Counted from the stretch's first letter, positions 1 through 11,518 are shown. The stretch: DNA of 64,000 bases from Bacteroides sp. (GCA_017466635.1 JAFTTU010000050.1:8690-72689), one strand, 5' to 3'. The notes: generated by a model not told the origin, from the letters alone. A program made the numbers and translations.

Positions 1-2
1 CC

Positions 3-914
3 ACTACCGCCAACTTGGGCGTGTTCTACGACGACACTTACCATGGCACGGGTCTCAAGATAAAGGAAATCATGGCAAAGAGTCCGTTCGCCAACAAGAA
101 GTGCGATGTCACCCCGGGATGCATCATCGAACGCATAGACGGACAAACCATCGAGGCGGGCATGGACTATTTCCCACTCTTGGAGGGAAAGGCAGGAAAG
201 AAAGTATTGCTATCCATCTACAATCCAGCGAACGGAAAGCGTTTCGATGTAAGCATCAAGGCCATCGGAGGTGGCGAACAGAATACCTTATTATATAAGC
301 GATGGGTAGACAGAAACCGAAAGATGGTGGACGAGCTCTCCGGTGGACGCATTGCGTATGTACACGTGAAGGGAATGGACAGCCCAAGCTTCCGTACCGT
401 ATACAGCGAACTTTTGAGCGACAAGAACCGAAACCGTGAAGCCGTCATCGTGGACACACGTCACAACGGAGGCGGATGGTTGCACGACGACTTGGCCACA
501 TTGCTCAGCGGCAAGGAATACCAACGTTTCGTGCCACAAGGACAATACATCGGTAGCGACCCGTTCAACAAATGGCTGAAACCATCCTGCGTACTGGTGT
601 GCGAGGACAACTACTCCAATGCACACGGATTCCCATGGGTATACAAGGAACTGGGCATCGGCAAGCTCATCGGTGCACCCGTACCGGGAACCATGACCGC
701 CGTTTGGTGGGAAACACAGATAGACCCGTCCATCGTCTTCGGCATCCCTCAAGTGGGATGTGTGGACATGCGAGGACAATATGCAGAAAACAACCAGCTA
801 CACCCCAACATCGAGGTATACAACAAGCCGGAACATTCCTTGAAGGGTATCGATACCCAATTGGAAGTGGCGGTGAAGGAAATGCTGAAAGCGGCGGATG
901 AGGTGAAGAAATAA
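3..914 (+). CDS. S41 family (tricorn-like) peptidase, C-terminal part; 5' end lies outside the window
   Basis: PDZ-like segment, IAYVHV, DTRHNGGG, catalytic region NYSNAH, GKLIG, PNIEV and QLE ending typical of S41B proteases; frame is open to the window edge. Confidence 0.85.
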   Translation, partial: TTANLGVFYDDTYHGTGLKIKEIMAKSPFANKKCDVTPGCIIERIDGQTIEAGMDYFPLLEGKAGKKVLLSIYNPANGKRFDVSIKAIGGGEQNTLLYKRWVDRNRKMVDELSGGRIAYVHVKGMDSPSFRTVYSELLSDKNRNREAVIVDTRHNGGGWLHDDLATLLSGKEYQRFVPQGQYIGSDPFNKWLKPSCVLVCEDNYSNAHGFPWVYKELGIGKLIGAPVPGTMTAVWWETQIDPSIVFGIPQVGCVDMRGQYAENNQLHPNIEVYNKPEHSLKGIDTQLEVAVKEMLKAADEVKK

Positions 915-937
915 ACTTTTTTACTACCTATAGAATG

Positions 938-968
938 AAAGCGAAGGATGTGGTGTCCTTCGCTTTTT
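938..968. terminator. Intrinsic terminator between convergent genes
   Basis: aaagcgaagga / tccttcgcttt inverted repeat followed by a T-run. Confidence 0.7.
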
Positions 969-1874
969 TTAGTCAGCAAACCGTTCAAACATGGTGGTGC
1001 TCAAGTATTTTTCCGCCCTATCGGGGAAGACTACCACGATGTTTCCTTTTTCTATTTTCTCGGCCGTACGCAAGGCAGCAATCAGTGCAGCCCCACTACT
1101 CATCCCTGCAAAGATTCCTTCGCGGGCAATGATTTGTCGAGCCATTTCTATCGCCTCCTCGCTTTCTATCATTTCTTGCACATCTATCAATGAAGGATTG
1201 TAGATTTCAGGAACGATGGCTTCTTCCATGTTCTTCAAGCCTTGGATGTAATGCCCTTTAATAGGATGGGCACATACCACCTTGATGTCCGGTTTCATGG
1301 TGCGCAAGAAACGTGAAAGCCCCATGAGGGTTCCCGATGTACCCACGGCACACACCAAGTAATCTATCTGTCCGTCGGTCTGTTGCCATATCTCAATGGC
1401 GGTCTTTTCGTAGTGTGCCAAATAGTTGGCTGCATTGGCAAACTGGTCGGGCATGAAGTACTTGTCCGGATTCTCTGCCACCATCTTTCTAGCCAATCGG
1501 ATGGCTCCGTCCGTACCTTCTTCGGATGGAGTCAGAATGACCTTCGCTCCATAGGAACGGATAATCTTCCGTCGTTCTACCGACACAGCAGAACTCATCA
1601 CAATCTCCACGGGATAGCCTTTCACAATTCCGGCAATGGCCAGTCCGATACCCGTATTACCGGAAGTCGGTTCGATGATGGTATGGCCTTTACGAAGACG
1701 GCCTTCGCGTTCGGCACTTTCCACCATACGGAGTGCTATGCGGTCCTTGATACTTCCGGTGGGATTGAAGCCCTCCAACTTAGCGTAAATATTTACATTT
1801 GGATTCGGGCACAAGCGGTTGATACGAACCATCGGTGTTGAGCCAATAGTTCCCAAAATATTATCTTTTACCAT
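969..1874 (-). CDS. PLP-dependent cysteine synthase (CysK/CysM family)
   Basis: IGSTPMV, KLEGFNPTGSIKDR (PLP lysine), PTSGNTG, GTSGT motifs. Confidence 0.9.
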   Translation of the reverse strand: MVKDNILGTIGSTPMVRINRLCPNPNVNIYAKLEGFNPTGSIKDRIALRMVESAEREGRLRKGHTIIEPTSGNTGIGLAIAGIVKGYPVEIVMSSAVSVERRKIIRSYGAKVILTPSEEGTDGAIRLARKMVAENPDKYFMPDQFANAANYLAHYEKTAIEIWQQTDGQIDYLVCAVGTSGTLMGLSRFLRTMKPDIKVVCAHPIKGHYIQGLKNMEEAIVPEIYNPSLIDVQEMIESEEAIEMARQIIAREGIFAGMSSGAALIAALRTAEKIEKGNIVVVFPDRAEKYLSTTMFERFAD

Positions 1875-1931
1875 TAAAAACTACTTACTTTTCTTTAAAA
1901 CCGAGATGTCTCTTCGAAGGTTCAACGAAAA

Positions 1932-2909
1932 TCACCATAGGATGTAGGCCAGCGAGCCGATGCTGATGACCAACCAAAGCAATACACCTTGCACGAGAGG
2001 CTTCACTCCTACCGCCTTCAGCACATCCGTAGAAAGGGAAGCACCGATGAAGAACATGGTAATGATAAGTCCCTTCCGTGCAAAGCCGGATATGGCCTTG
2101 CCTACTTCGGGCATCGTATCGAGCAAATATGTATTGACAAGGATAGCCACGATGAACCAAAGGATGAACCAAGGAATGCTGATTTTCTTTCCGCCATTCT
2201 TGAAAATGACCGAGGTGGCTAGTGCCAACGGGATAATCCAAAGGGCACGGGTGAGCTTGATGGTGGTGGCCACCTGAAGTGCCTCTTCACCGTATGCAGC
2301 ACCGGCACCTACTACGGAACTGGTATCGTGGATGGCGATGGCCGCCCATGTGCCGAACTCCTGTTGGGTAAGTCCCAACCATCCTCCCAACACGGGGAAG
2401 ATGAACAAGGCAATGGCATTGAGCACAAAGATAGTGGCCAATGCTACCGACATGTCGCTATCCTTTGCCTTAATGACCGGACCTACCGCAGCAATGGCAC
2501 TACCGCCACAGATAGCCGTACCAGAACTTATCAAATAGGAAGTATCCCGATTTACCTTCAGCAACTTCGTCCCGATGAACATACCTATAATCATGGTGCC
2601 AATCACCGAAATGATGGTGAACAACATCCCTTCCTTACCCGATGCCAGGGAAGCATGAAGGTTCATGCCGAAGCCCAATCCCACCACCGAGTATTGGAGA
2701 AGCTTCTTCGATACTTTCTTATTGAATTTAGGATAGGCTTGCCCGCAAAGCAAGGCAAAGGCCAACCCCAGGAACAAGGCTACCGGAGGAGTAACCCACG
2801 ATGAAAAAGACATCATACCCGGCACATAGCCCAACAACAAACAAACGGCAAGTATCAACAATATGCCGACATAAATCGTTTTATTATTCGCTTTCAAGAA
2901 ATCCATCAT
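1932..2909 (-). CDS. YeiH/UPF0324 family putative sulfate exporter membrane protein
   Basis: Multiple TM segments; GTAICGGSAIAA and IHDTSSVV motifs; KLTRAL. Confidence 0.85.
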   Translation of the reverse strand: MMDFLKANNKTIYVGILLILAVCLLLGYVPGMMSFSSWVTPPVALFLGLAFALLCGQAYPKFNKKVSKKLLQYSVVGLGFGMNLHASLASGKEGMLFTIISVIGTMIIGMFIGTKLLKVNRDTSYLISSGTAICGGSAIAAVGPVIKAKDSDMSVALATIFVLNAIALFIFPVLGGWLGLTQQEFGTWAAIAIHDTSSVVGAGAAYGEEALQVATTIKLTRALWIIPLALATSVIFKNGGKKISIPWFILWFIVAILVNTYLLDTMPEVGKAISGFARKGLIITMFFIGASLSTDVLKAVGVKPLVQGVLLWLVISIGSLAYILW

Positions 2910-3058
2910 GATAAATAACGTTTTTTATTAATGGATGCAAAGATACATATTAATTTTATTTATCTAACCATAGATTTTATCTGTTGGAGGAAAAAGGAAT
3001 ATTTTCTATCTTTGCATCAGAGAAAAAGAAAACAATAACCATTAAAACAAGATAGATT

Positions 3059-3223
3059 ATGAAAAAGTATGTTTGCACAGTATGTAATTGGATTTATGAC
3101 CCAGCAGTAGGTGACCCAGATGGCGGTATCGCTCCAGGTACTCCATTCGAAGCTATTCCAGATGATTGGGCTTGCCCTCTCTGCGGTGTTACCAAGGAAG
3201 ATTTCGAATTAGTAGAAGAATAA
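3059..3223 (+). CDS. Rubredoxin, 54 aa (not in the ORF track)
   Basis: Translated by hand: [54 protein letters not shown]; two CxxC motifs; TATCTTTG promoter element at 3007-3014. Confidence 0.95.
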   Translation: MKKYVCTVCNWIYDPAVGDPDGGIAPGTPFEAIPDDWACPLCGVTKEDFELVEE

Positions 3224-3338
3224 GCCCCTAGTTATAAACCATTGAGGCGTGTCATTCCGAACCCCACAAAGGATGACACGCCTTTTGTTTTTCCAAAAGA
3301 AATATCTACCTTTGCACCTCATTCTAAAAGACAAAGCA

Positions 3339-3995
3339 ATGATGATGGCCATTCACTATACAAAAGGAGAAGAACGGACGAACTATATTTCTCATGCCGG
3401 TGGAATATTGTTGGGCATTGTAGTAGGTACCCTATTACTCATTTACTGTTATCAGCATGAAAACCTATGGATGCAATGGGGCGTGTGGCTCTACTTGTTC
3501 GGTATGCTGGGTTCGTATATCGCCTCTACGGTATATCATGCCTGCTCTCCTTTCAGCAAGTGGAAAGAAAGACTTCGCAAGTGGGACCATGCCGCCATCT
3601 ATTGGCACATTGCCGGCAGCTACTCTCCCATCACGTTGGTGGCCTTGCGTGAACAAGGCTATTGGGGATGGACCCTCTTCTGCTTCGTGTGGCTATGCGC
3701 CATTGTAGGCACCATCATGAGTTTCCGTAAGCTAAAGGAACACAATCACTTGGAAACCATCTGCTACGTACTGATGGGATTGGTGGTATTGGTTGCTTTC
3801 AAGCCACTGATGGATGCCGTTAGCCCACATGCCGTAGGTTGGATTATTGCCGAAGGAGCATGTTACATCACCGGAGCGCTGTTCTATTCTTTCAACAAGC
3901 GCCCCTACATGCACTCCGTCTTTCACTTCTTTGTTCTAGGAGGTTCGGTATGCCACATCCTGGCGGTATGGGACATCCTGAAAGACTTCATTTAA
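3339..3995 (+). CDS. Hemolysin III / PAQR family membrane protein
   Basis: EExxNxxSH, STVYH, DHAAIY..IAGSYSP and HSVFHFFV motifs; ATG at 3339 after TACCTTTG. Confidence 0.9.
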   Translation: MMMAIHYTKGEERTNYISHAGGILLGIVVGTLLLIYCYQHENLWMQWGVWLYLFGMLGSYIASTVYHACSPFSKWKERLRKWDHAAIYWHIAGSYSPITLVALREQGYWGWTLFCFVWLCAIVGTIMSFRKLKEHNHLETICYVLMGLVVLVAFKPLMDAVSPHAVGWIIAEGACYITGALFYSFNKRPYMHSVFHFFVLGGSVCHILAVWDILKDFI

Positions 3996-4582
3996 ATTTC
4001 GTCCGAACGAATGCCTAAGGCTTGCAAGACCGCATAGCCCAACATCTCCCACCGGAAATGCTTGGAGGGTGCCGGAGGATTCATACCCAATACGTGGATG
4101 GATTCCTTGCCGTCTACCTTCTCGAAGATTTCGGGAAGCTTGTCACCGTATTCCGTTTCGGATGGGATAACCACCAGATGCTTCACTTCCTTGGCATCGG
4201 CCACCAGCTTCACGGATTCCAGGAAGAAGGCTTCACGGTCCGCCATGTCCGAAGGTTCGAAGGTATTCAATTGGAATTCGCCCAACTGGCTCTTGAAAGC
4301 TACATCGTTCAGTTCCTTTTTCAAATCACTTGGATTGAAAGCATTCAGTTTCGTGTGGCTCTTGTCATACACCAGCAATACCTGCAATACATGTTCGCCC
4401 GGTTGGATAGCGGCATCCATCGCCACACATTCCAAGAAGATGGGCAAATCGGCTTTCGGAAGTTCACGACCGATGACTTGGCTAAAGTGTTGGCTCAAGT
4501 CGCTTGTTACCTTATCTATATAAGCAGCATCTATCAAGATGACTTTCTCTGCAAATTTCAGTTCGTTGTTGTTGATAATCAT
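3992..4582 (-). CDS. Conserved Bacteroidales hypothetical protein (DUF6621-like, NYN/PIN-like fold)
   Basis: VILIDA start motif, 196 aa with plausible composition; family assignment from recall. Confidence 0.6.
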   Translation of the reverse strand: MIINNNELKFAEKVILIDAAYIDKVTSDLSQHFSQVIGRELPKADLPIFLECVAMDAAIQPGEHVLQVLLVYDKSHTKLNAFNPSDLKKELNDVAFKSQLGEFQLNTFEPSDMADREAFFLESVKLVADAKEVKHLVVIPSETEYGDKLPEIFEKVDGKESIHVLGMNPPAPSKHFRWEMLGYAVLQALGIRSDEI

Positions 4583-4816
4583 GATTCATTGGTTTTATGC
4601 GTGCGAAGATAAGGAAAATAATCAACAATCTATGAAAAAAGTCAGCAAAACTGCCGTTTCGTCATTCAATAAATACATCCATCTGCCTTTTTGTCCACTT
4701 TTATTACTTGGCAAACTATTTGTAGTCATTAAGTGTTTCAAACAGGTATTAGTATTTAAGGTAGAAGATTGAAAAGGATAAAAAACAAGAAACTAAAATA
4801 GAAAGGAGAAATAAAT

Positions 4817-7405
4817 ATGAATTTCAACAACTTTACGATTAAATCACAAGAAGCGGTTCAACAAGCCATCCAATTGGTACAGAGCCGTGGTCAGCAAGCC
4901 ATCGAACCCGAACACTTGTTGGCTGGAGTCTTGAAGGTAGGTGAAAACGTAACCAATTTCATCTTCCAGAAGTTAGGAATGAACGGCCAACAAGTAGCCC
5001 TGGTACTCGACCGTCAAATCAGCTCTTTCCCGAAGGTTTCGGGTGGAGAGCCATATTTGAGCCGAGGTGCCAATGAGGTGCTTCAGAAAGCCGTAGAATA
5101 TAGCAAGGGTTTGGGCGACGAATATGTTTCGTTGGAAGCCATGCTCTTGGCCATCTTGAATGTAAAAGGAAATGCGAGCACAATCTTGAAAGATGCCGGC
5201 ATGAACGACAAAGAACTTCGTGCCGCTATCAATGAATTGCGCCAAGGTCAGAACGTGACTTCCCAATCGAGCGAAGACACTTACCAATCATTGAGCAAGT
5301 ATGCCATCAACTTGATTGAAGCAGCACGTACAGGCAAGCTTGACCCAGTCATCGGTCGTGATGAAGAAATCCGTCGGGTGCTCCAAATCCTGAGCCGACG
5401 CACCAAGAACAACCCTATCTTGATAGGTGAACCGGGTACGGGTAAGACAGCCATTGTAGAAGGTCTTGCCCAACGTATCCTCCGTGGTGACGTGCCGGAG
5501 AACTTGAAGAACAAGCAACTCTTCTCGCTCGACATGGGTGCCCTCGTGGCCGGTGCCAAGTACAAGGGTGAATTCGAAGAACGATTGAAGTCGGTCATCA
5601 ACGAAGTGACTAAGTCGGACGGTAACATCATCCTCTTCATCGACGAAATCCATACCCTCGTGGGTGCAGGAAAGGGTGAAGGCGCCATGGATGCCGCCAA
5701 TATCTTGAAGCCTGCCTTGGCTCGTGGTGAATTGAGAAGTATCGGTGCCACTACCCTCGACGAGTATCAGAAGTACTTCGAAAAAGACAAGGCTCTGGAA
5801 CGTCGTTTCCAAACCGTCATGGTAGACGAACCGGATACAGCCAGCTCCATCTCTATCCTCCGCGGATTGAAGGAACGTTACGAAAACCACCACCAGGTGC
5901 GCATCAAGGACGAAGCCATCATCGCTGCCGTAGAGTTGAGCAACCGCTACATCACCGAGCGTTTCCTCCCGGACAAGGCCATCGACCTCATGGACGAAGC
6001 AGCAGCCAAGCTCCGCATGGAAAGAGACTCGTTGCCGGAAGAACTGGATGAAATCGAACGTCGACTGAAGCAACTCGAAATCGAACGCGAAGCCATCAAG
6101 CGTGAAAAGGACGAAGCCAAGCTTGCTATATTAAATAAGGAGATAGAAGAACTCCGCGAGCAGGAAAAGTCGTACAAGGCGAAGTGGCAAAGCGAAAAGG
6201 AACTGGTGAACAAGATTCAGCAGAACAAGCAAGAAATCGAGCAACTAAAGTTTGAAGCCGACAAGGCCGAACGCGAAGGCGATTACGGCAAGGTGGCCGA
6301 AATCCGTTATGGTAAGCTGAAAGCGTTGGAAGATGAAATCAACCACATCCAAGAGGATTTGAAGCATCAGCAAGGTGACAGTGCCATGATTAAGGAAGAG
6401 GTAACTGCCGAAGACATTGCCGATGTGGTTTCCCGCTGGACAGGCATCCCGGTGAGCAAGATGATGCAAAGTGAACGTGAAAAGCTGCTCTTCCTGGAAG
6501 ACGAATTGCACAAGCGTGTCATCGGTCAAGACGAAGCCATCCAGGCTGTGGCAGATGCCGTACGTCGTAGTCGTGCCGGTCTTCAAGACCCAAAACGTCC
6601 GATTGGCTCGTTCATCTTCCTCGGCACTACAGGTGTGGGTAAGACGGAATTGGCGAAGGCCTTGGCTGAATACTTGTTCGACGATGAAACCTTGATGACC
6701 CGTATCGACATGAGTGAGTATCAGGAAAAGCATACCGTGAGCCGACTCATCGGTGCGCCTCCGGGATACGTGGGTTACGATGAAGGTGGACAATTGACCG
6801 AAGCCGTAAGACGCAAGCCGTACTCCGTGGTGTTGTTCGACGAAATCGAAAAGGCACATCCGGATGTATTCAATGTCTTGCTTCAAGTATTGGACGACGG
6901 ACGCTTGACCGACAACAAGGGACGCACGGTGAACTTCAAGAACACCATCATCATCATGACATCCAACTTGGGCAGTGCATACATCCAAAGCCAATTTGAA
7001 AAGTTGACGGACGATAACCATGAACTGTTGGTAGAAGAAACCAAGAACGAAGTGATGAATATGTTGAAGAAAACCATCCGTCCGGAGTTCTTGAACCGTA
7101 TTGACGAGACCATCATGTTCCTGCCGTTGAACAAGCCGCAAATCGAACAGATTGTCCGCCTGCAAATCAAGGGCATCCAGCGCATGTTGGAAGACAATGG
7201 CGTGAACTTGCATCTGAGCGATATGGCCATCGACTATCTGGCAACCGCAGGCTATGACCCTGAATTCGGTGCCCGTCCGGTAAAGCGTGCTATTCAACGA
7301 TATTTGTTGAACGACTTGTCGAAGAAACTGCTCTCCCTGCAAGTAGACAGAAGCAAGCCGATCATCGTGGAACGTGGTAGCGACGGATTGATATTCAGAA
7401 ACTAG
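4817..7405 (+). CDS. clpB: ATP-dependent chaperone ClpB
   Basis: Two AAA+ modules ([16 protein letters not shown]), [10 protein letters not shown], coiled-coil middle domain, RIDMSEY. Confidence 0.98.
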   Translation: MNFNNFTIKSQEAVQQAIQLVQSRGQQAIEPEHLLAGVLKVGENVTNFIFQKLGMNGQQVALVLDRQISSFPKVSGGEPYLSRGANEVLQKAVEYSKGLGDEYVSLEAMLLAILNVKGNASTILKDAGMNDKELRAAINELRQGQNVTSQSSEDTYQSLSKYAINLIEAARTGKLDPVIGRDEEIRRVLQILSRRTKNNPILIGEPGTGKTAIVEGLAQRILRGDVPENLKNKQLFSLDMGALVAGAKYKGEFEERLKSVINEVTKSDGNIILFIDEIHTLVGAGKGEGAMDAANILKPALARGELRSIGATTLDEYQKYFEKDKALERRFQTVMVDEPDTASSISILRGLKERYENHHQVRIKDEAIIAAVELSNRYITERFLPDKAIDLMDEAAAKLRMERDSLPEELDEIERRLKQLEIEREAIKREKDEAKLAILNKEIEELREQEKSYKAKWQSEKELVNKIQQNKQEIEQLKFEADKAEREGDYGKVAEIRYGKLKALEDEINHIQEDLKHQQGDSAMIKEEVTAEDIADVVSRWTGIPVSKMMQSEREKLLFLEDELHKRVIGQDEAIQAVADAVRRSRAGLQDPKRPIGSFIFLGTTGVGKTELAKALAEYLFDDETLMTRIDMSEYQEKHTVSRLIGAPPGYVGYDEGGQLTEAVRRKPYSVVLFDEIEKAHPDVFNVLLQVLDDGRLTDNKGRTVNFKNTIIIMTSNLGSAYIQSQFEKLTDDNHELLVEETKNEVMNMLKKTIRPEFLNRIDETIMFLPLNKPQIEQIVRLQIKGIQRMLEDNGVNLHLSDMAIDYLATAGYDPEFGARPVKRAIQRYLLNDLSKKLLSLQVDRSKPIIVERGSDGLIFRN

Positions 7406-7421
7406 ACTTCTATATATGCGA

Positions 7422-7460
7422 AAAGCTCTCAAACGGATGATTCCGGATGAGAGCTTTCTT
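7422..7460. terminator. Terminator between clpB and the convergent gene
   Basis: aaagctctc / gagagcttt inverted repeat with T-run. Confidence 0.6.
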
Positions 7461-7473
7461 TATCAATTATCAA

Positions 7474-7896
7474 TTATTCTTCTGTTGCTTCTTCTTCCTC
7501 AGCAGCTACAAATTCAGTAATGCCATTGCTAACCAAAATGTTGTACCACTGGATGAGCTTCTTGATGTCGCTGTTGTGTACACGGTCGCGGTCGTAAGTC
7601 GGCAACACTTCAGCCATGAATGCCTGCAATTCTGCAGCTGATGCCTTCTTATAATCGATAGCAGTGACCGTACCGTTCGACTTAGCCTTTACAGATTCCA
7701 ACACTTCAGCCAAAGCCACTTCTTCATCATCCGTATACATCGCAATGTCACCCAATGAAATTACCTTATCATGACCGTATACTGGGAGTCTTTTCTTTGT
7801 TGCATCCAAAGTTTCAAGAATCAACATGTTCTTGCCTTGAGAAATCAACTTATACAATCCTGGCTTGCCAGAAATAGACAAAATTGTTCTTAACAT
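7474..7896 (-). CDS. Conserved Bacteroidetes protein (DUF5606-like)
   Basis: ILSISGKPGLYKL N-terminus and YDRDRV.SDIKKLIQWYNIL motif; family from recall. Confidence 0.75.
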   Translation of the reverse strand: MLRTILSISGKPGLYKLISQGKNMLILETLDATKKRLPVYGHDKVISLGDIAMYTDDEEVALAEVLESVKAKSNGTVTAIDYKKASAAELQAFMAEVLPTYDRDRVHNSDIKKLIQWYNILVSNGITEFVAAEEEEATEE

Positions 7897-7970
7897 AATA
7901 TGCTTTCTTTAGTTTAATTAATTGTTAGGGGAGCAAAAGTACAATTCATGCACGAAACTCCCAAATTTAT

Positions 7971-8561
7971 TCACTTATTTTCAAGTTTTAACTGGGTAAT
8001 CAAGGAGGAAAGCTGCATATTCAGGGGCATCCGGCCATCATTATAGACAATAAAATCGGCCCGTCGACACTTTTCCCCATCATCCATTTGGGCAGCTATT
8101 CTTGCCCGAATCTGGCCTTCGGTAGCCCCATCACGCTTCATGGCACGTTCTACCCGCAAGTCTTCCGGAGCATATACCATCACGGTTGCATCTACCGTAT
8201 CTTCAAAACCAGCCTCGAAGAGAATGGCGCATTCCAAACCGGCTATTTCCTTATCGGCATGCATCTGCAACCAACGACAGAAATCGGCTTTCACCCGGGG
8301 ATGCACAATACCATTGATGCGTGCAGCATTCTCCGAATTGGCAAACAGATAGGAAGCCAACATGGCTTTGTTCAGTTCTCCGTCCCGATAGACGTCTGCA
8401 CCTAAAAGAGCGACCAAGTCTTCACGGATACCTTCATCCGAAAGCATCAGCTTCTTCGCTTCATCATCGGCATTATAAATAGGTATGCCCTGTTCTTGCA
8501 ACAATGCAGAGACATACGACTTTCCACTACCGATTCCACCGGTTATCGCTATACTAATCAT
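7971..8561 (-). CDS. coaE: Dephospho-CoA kinase
   Basis: ITGGIGSGKS P-loop, IVHP.V, LFE, RxxAQ motifs. Confidence 0.95.
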   Translation of the reverse strand: MISIAITGGIGSGKSYVSALLQEQGIPIYNADDEAKKLMLSDEGIREDLVALLGADVYRDGELNKAMLASYLFANSENAARINGIVHPRVKADFCRWLQMHADKEIAGLECAILFEAGFEDTVDATVMVYAPEDLRVERAMKRDGATEGQIRARIAAQMDDGEKCRRADFIVYNDGRMPLNMQLSSLITQLKLENK

Positions 8562-9567
8562 TGAAGGTAATTTTTTGTTCGATGATGTATTCTATTTCCT
8601 GTGGACTCAATCTTGCATAATTCACGATGGAAGGAGCTTGCATCAAAATAGGCTTGCACTTGTCGTCTGTACCTTCATGCAGTTTCTCGTAATCCACCAC
8701 TACCACAAAATCTTCGGCAGTCACATTCTTGAATTGCGTCAAACCTATCTGGAAAGTTACCTGAACCTTAGCCGGGAAGGTACGTAGTATTTCGTCTTCC
8801 GGGAAATTGATGCCAATCACCGGAACATCTACCGTCTTTTCCGAATACATATCCACCAGGAAAGTCACATCATTATAAGAAGGTGTAAACTTCGCTCCTT
8901 TCACAGGCAACAGCTTTGCCCGATGACGGGTGGTATCCGAAATTTCTTCGATGTACAATTCTTCCGTATAAGCCGCAGTAATGGTATCCAGAATATCCTT
9001 CGGTGCATACACCATCACCGAATCCGGTGAATAGACAATTTCCGAGATATAGTGCTGTCTTTCCGCCTTGACTTCACCACGCACTTTGACTGGTACTTTC
9101 TTGCCTTGCCCCCTCGTATAAATCAATTCCAACGTATCCGGCTTGATGGTAGACAACTTGGTTGACTGATTCAGTTGGCTGGCAAGACGCTTGTTCAAAG
9201 AAGACGTCGGAATCCGAACATGACTTCCCTTGTCCGAGTATTCTGCAAAATCAAGCGTAACCGGATACAAGGTTTGTCCCAACAGATAATTGACCAATAC
9301 CGTACCCCTGTCCTTCACACCGACCTTGAGTACCGGAGGAAGATCGGATGTCAGCACCACATTTTCCGGAACATTCTTCATGCGTAAAGGAATGGAAAGC
9401 TCCGTCTCATAATCATCATTCAGCACCTGCAGCAACCAGAAGCAGAAAGAAACGAATACAAAGAACAGAAAAATCAGAAATTCCCGACTCTTCTTGGCGA
9501 GCAGGAAACTTCTGATTTTCTCCAAAGTCCTTAAATATCGTACACGCATGTTCTCCTTCTCGAACAT
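8554..9567 (-). CDS. YbbR/CdaR-like domain membrane protein
   Basis: N-terminal TM helix followed by repeated beta-rich modules; position between yajC and coaE. Confidence 0.75.
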   Translation of the reverse strand: MFEKENMRVRYLRTLEKIRSFLLAKKSREFLIFLFFVFVSFCFWLLQVLNDDYETELSIPLRMKNVPENVVLTSDLPPVLKVGVKDRGTVLVNYLLGQTLYPVTLDFAEYSDKGSHVRIPTSSLNKRLASQLNQSTKLSTIKPDTLELIYTRGQGKKVPVKVRGEVKAERQHYISEIVYSPDSVMVYAPKDILDTITAAYTEELYIEEISDTTRHRAKLLPVKGAKFTPSYNDVTFLVDMYSEKTVDVPVIGINFPEDEILRTFPAKVQVTFQIGLTQFKNVTAEDFVVVVDYEKLHEGTDDKCKPILMQAPSIVNYARLSPQEIEYIIEQKITFND

Positions 9568-9580
9568 AGCCCTAACTTAT

Positions 9581-9895
9581 TTACTTTGCTTGTTGTTGAG
9601 TAGCAGCAGCATCAGCATAGATGGAGTTCTTGTCGATACGAATCTTTACACCCGATGCGATTTCCAATACTACTACATTGCCTTCGATAGACTTCACCTT
9701 GCCATAGATACCACCTGCTGTGATAACATCCTGACCCATCTGCAAGTTGTTACGGAAATTCTGGATTTCCTTCTGCTTCTTGTTCTGCGGACGAATCATA
9801 AAGAAGTACATGATAGCGAAGATAGCTACCATCATAATCAAGAAAGAATAGTCACCACCGGCCTGTGCCTGCAAGTATACAAATGCTAAATTCAT
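9581..9895 (-). CDS. yajC: Preprotein translocase subunit YajC
   Basis: YFFMIRPQ and VITAGGIYG motifs. Confidence 0.95.
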   Translation of the reverse strand: MNLAFVYLQAQAGGDYSFLIMMVAIFAIMYFFMIRPQNKKQKEIQNFRNNLQMGQDVITAGGIYGKVKSIEGNVVVLEIASGVKIRIDKNSIYADAAATQQQAK

Positions 9896-9918
9896 AATTG
9901 TCTAAATTTAATCGTTTA

Positions 9919-10845
9919 TTAATCTTTCATCAATTTATTATCTTTCTTCAAAGCATTGACAATACCGTCCAATGTACCGTTGATGAAGCTTCCGCTCTTC
10001 GGGGTACTGTACAGCTTGGCAATTTCTACGTATTCATTCAACGATACACTCACCGGAATGTTCGGGAAACTGAGGATTTCCGCCAAAGCAATCTGCATGA
10101 TGACCACATCCATGAACGCTACACGGTCCAAATCCCAGTTACGGGTATTTTCGCTGATGAGATGACGATAATAGTCTTCGTTCAAAATAGTGCGACGGAA
10201 CAAACGGCGTGCAAAGTCCTGGTCTTCCTCATCCTTGAATTCCGGCAACAATTCCTGCTTGGCACCATTGCTTTCTTCGAAACGCTTGATGGTCTTCAAA
10301 ACAAAGGTATCGACTATTTCCTTATCATCATTCCAATACAAGCTTTGGTCTTCCAATACCTGATCCAATTCTGCATTGTTGAAAATAATACGCTTATAAA
10401 TCTTGCGCCACAATTCACGGTCTTCCTCATAAGAAGAAGTATCGCTTTCCATGTATTCCTTATAGATATCGCTGGCCATGATTTTTTCGCAAAGGCTCTT
10501 CACGAATTCGCTTTCATTTTCCCAAGTCTTCTTCTGGGTTTCCGAGAATTCACGCAATTGGGCATTTACCTCCAATTGGGCGATAAAACGATTGGACACA
10601 AACTTCATGTTAGGATACAACTCTTCTGCGGTTGGCAACAACTTGCTCTTGGCAGCATTCAGTTTTCTTTCGGCTTGTTTGGTAATTTCGACCATCAAAA
10701 GCAACAGATAGTTATACAAGTCGTATGCTTTGGAAAGACTGAAGAACAACTCTTTTTCTGCAGTATCCAAATTTTTACCTCCGTTCTGGTAGTATGCATA
10801 TACTATCTGAACAATCTTAAGACGAATAAGAACTCTATTAATCAT
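9919..10845 (-). CDS. nusB: Transcription antitermination factor NusB (long Bacteroidetes form)
   Basis: NWDLDRVA..D, VSLNEYVEIAKLYS, FINGTLD. Confidence 0.92.
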   Translation of the reverse strand: MINRVLIRLKIVQIVYAYYQNGGKNLDTAEKELFFSLSKAYDLYNYLLLLMVEITKQAERKLNAAKSKLLPTAEELYPNMKFVSNRFIAQLEVNAQLREFSETQKKTWENESEFVKSLCEKIMASDIYKEYMESDTSSYEEDRELWRKIYKRIIFNNAELDQVLEDQSLYWNDDKEIVDTFVLKTIKRFEESNGAKQELLPEFKDEEDQDFARRLFRRTILNEDYYRHLISENTRNWDLDRVAFMDVVIMQIALAEILSFPNIPVSVSLNEYVEIAKLYSTPKSGSFINGTLDGIVNALKKDNKLMKD

Positions 10846-11043
10846 AATTCACATAAATTATTTATGAGTTGCAAAAGTACATATTTCCATGAATTTAACC
10901 TAATATAAACACAAATTTTAAATGAAAATTTGCACTTTCCGTGTACTTACGAGCAATTCTGCAAAAGTTTGTCGGCAAATTCTTTGCACATTAGAAAAAA
11001 ATGTCCAATTTTGGGCCACATTTAAAACTATTACCTAAAAGAC

Positions 11044-11421
11044 ATGGAAGAATTCAAGAAGAAAAGTGCTGCTGAAGGTGACAAGGAAATCGTTTTCTCG
11101 AAAGCCATCAAGGCAGGAAAGCGTATTTATTATCTGGATGTAAAGAAGAACCGCAAGGACGAAATGTTCCTGGCCATCACCGAAAGCAAAAAGATTGTAA
11201 ACGGTGAAGGTGATGATTCACACGTAAGTTTTGAAAAACATAAGATATTCCTTTATAAGGAAGACTTCGAGAAATTCATGGGAGGATTGCAACAAGCCAT
11301 CCAGTTCATCGCCGACGAGCAGGGACTTCCTGAACCTCGCCAAGAAGAAAAAGAAGCTCCAACCGAGGAAACCAGCGAAAGCCTCAGCGAAAGCGAAATC
11401 AAGATTGATATTGACTTCTAA
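11044..11421 (+). CDS. PUR-repeat-like nucleic-acid-binding protein (DUF3276)
   Basis: FSKAIKAGKRIYYLDVK, LAITESKK, HKIFLYKEDF. Confidence 0.8.
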   Translation: MEEFKKKSAAEGDKEIVFSKAIKAGKRIYYLDVKKNRKDEMFLAITESKKIVNGEGDDSHVSFEKHKIFLYKEDFEKFMGGLQQAIQFIADEQGLPEPRQEEKEAPTEETSESLSESEIKIDIDF

Positions 11422-11433
11422 GTTATTCCCTTT

Positions 11434-11518
11434 TTAGGCACGGATTACACGGGTTAACACGGTTTTCTATGTATATAAACACTATTTTATCCGTAAAAAC
11501 CGCGAAATCCGTGCCTAA
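11434..11518. repeat. Palindromic intergenic repeat, copy 1
   Basis: ttaggcacggatt ... aatccgtgcctaa terminal inverted repeat with internal cacgg reiterations; second copy at 44051-44134. Confidence 0.8.

Noticed and set aside
3339-3995. Hemolysin III as a toxin linked to the peptide system
   Set aside because: PAQR family proteins are widespread housekeeping membrane proteins, and this one lies in the core flank
6245-7432. Long antisense ORFs in the track (also 9898-10908, 16069-17133, 25520-26992, 44226-45341, 61114-62076)
   Set aside because: Shadow frames on the opposite strand of well-supported genes, without recognisable motifs
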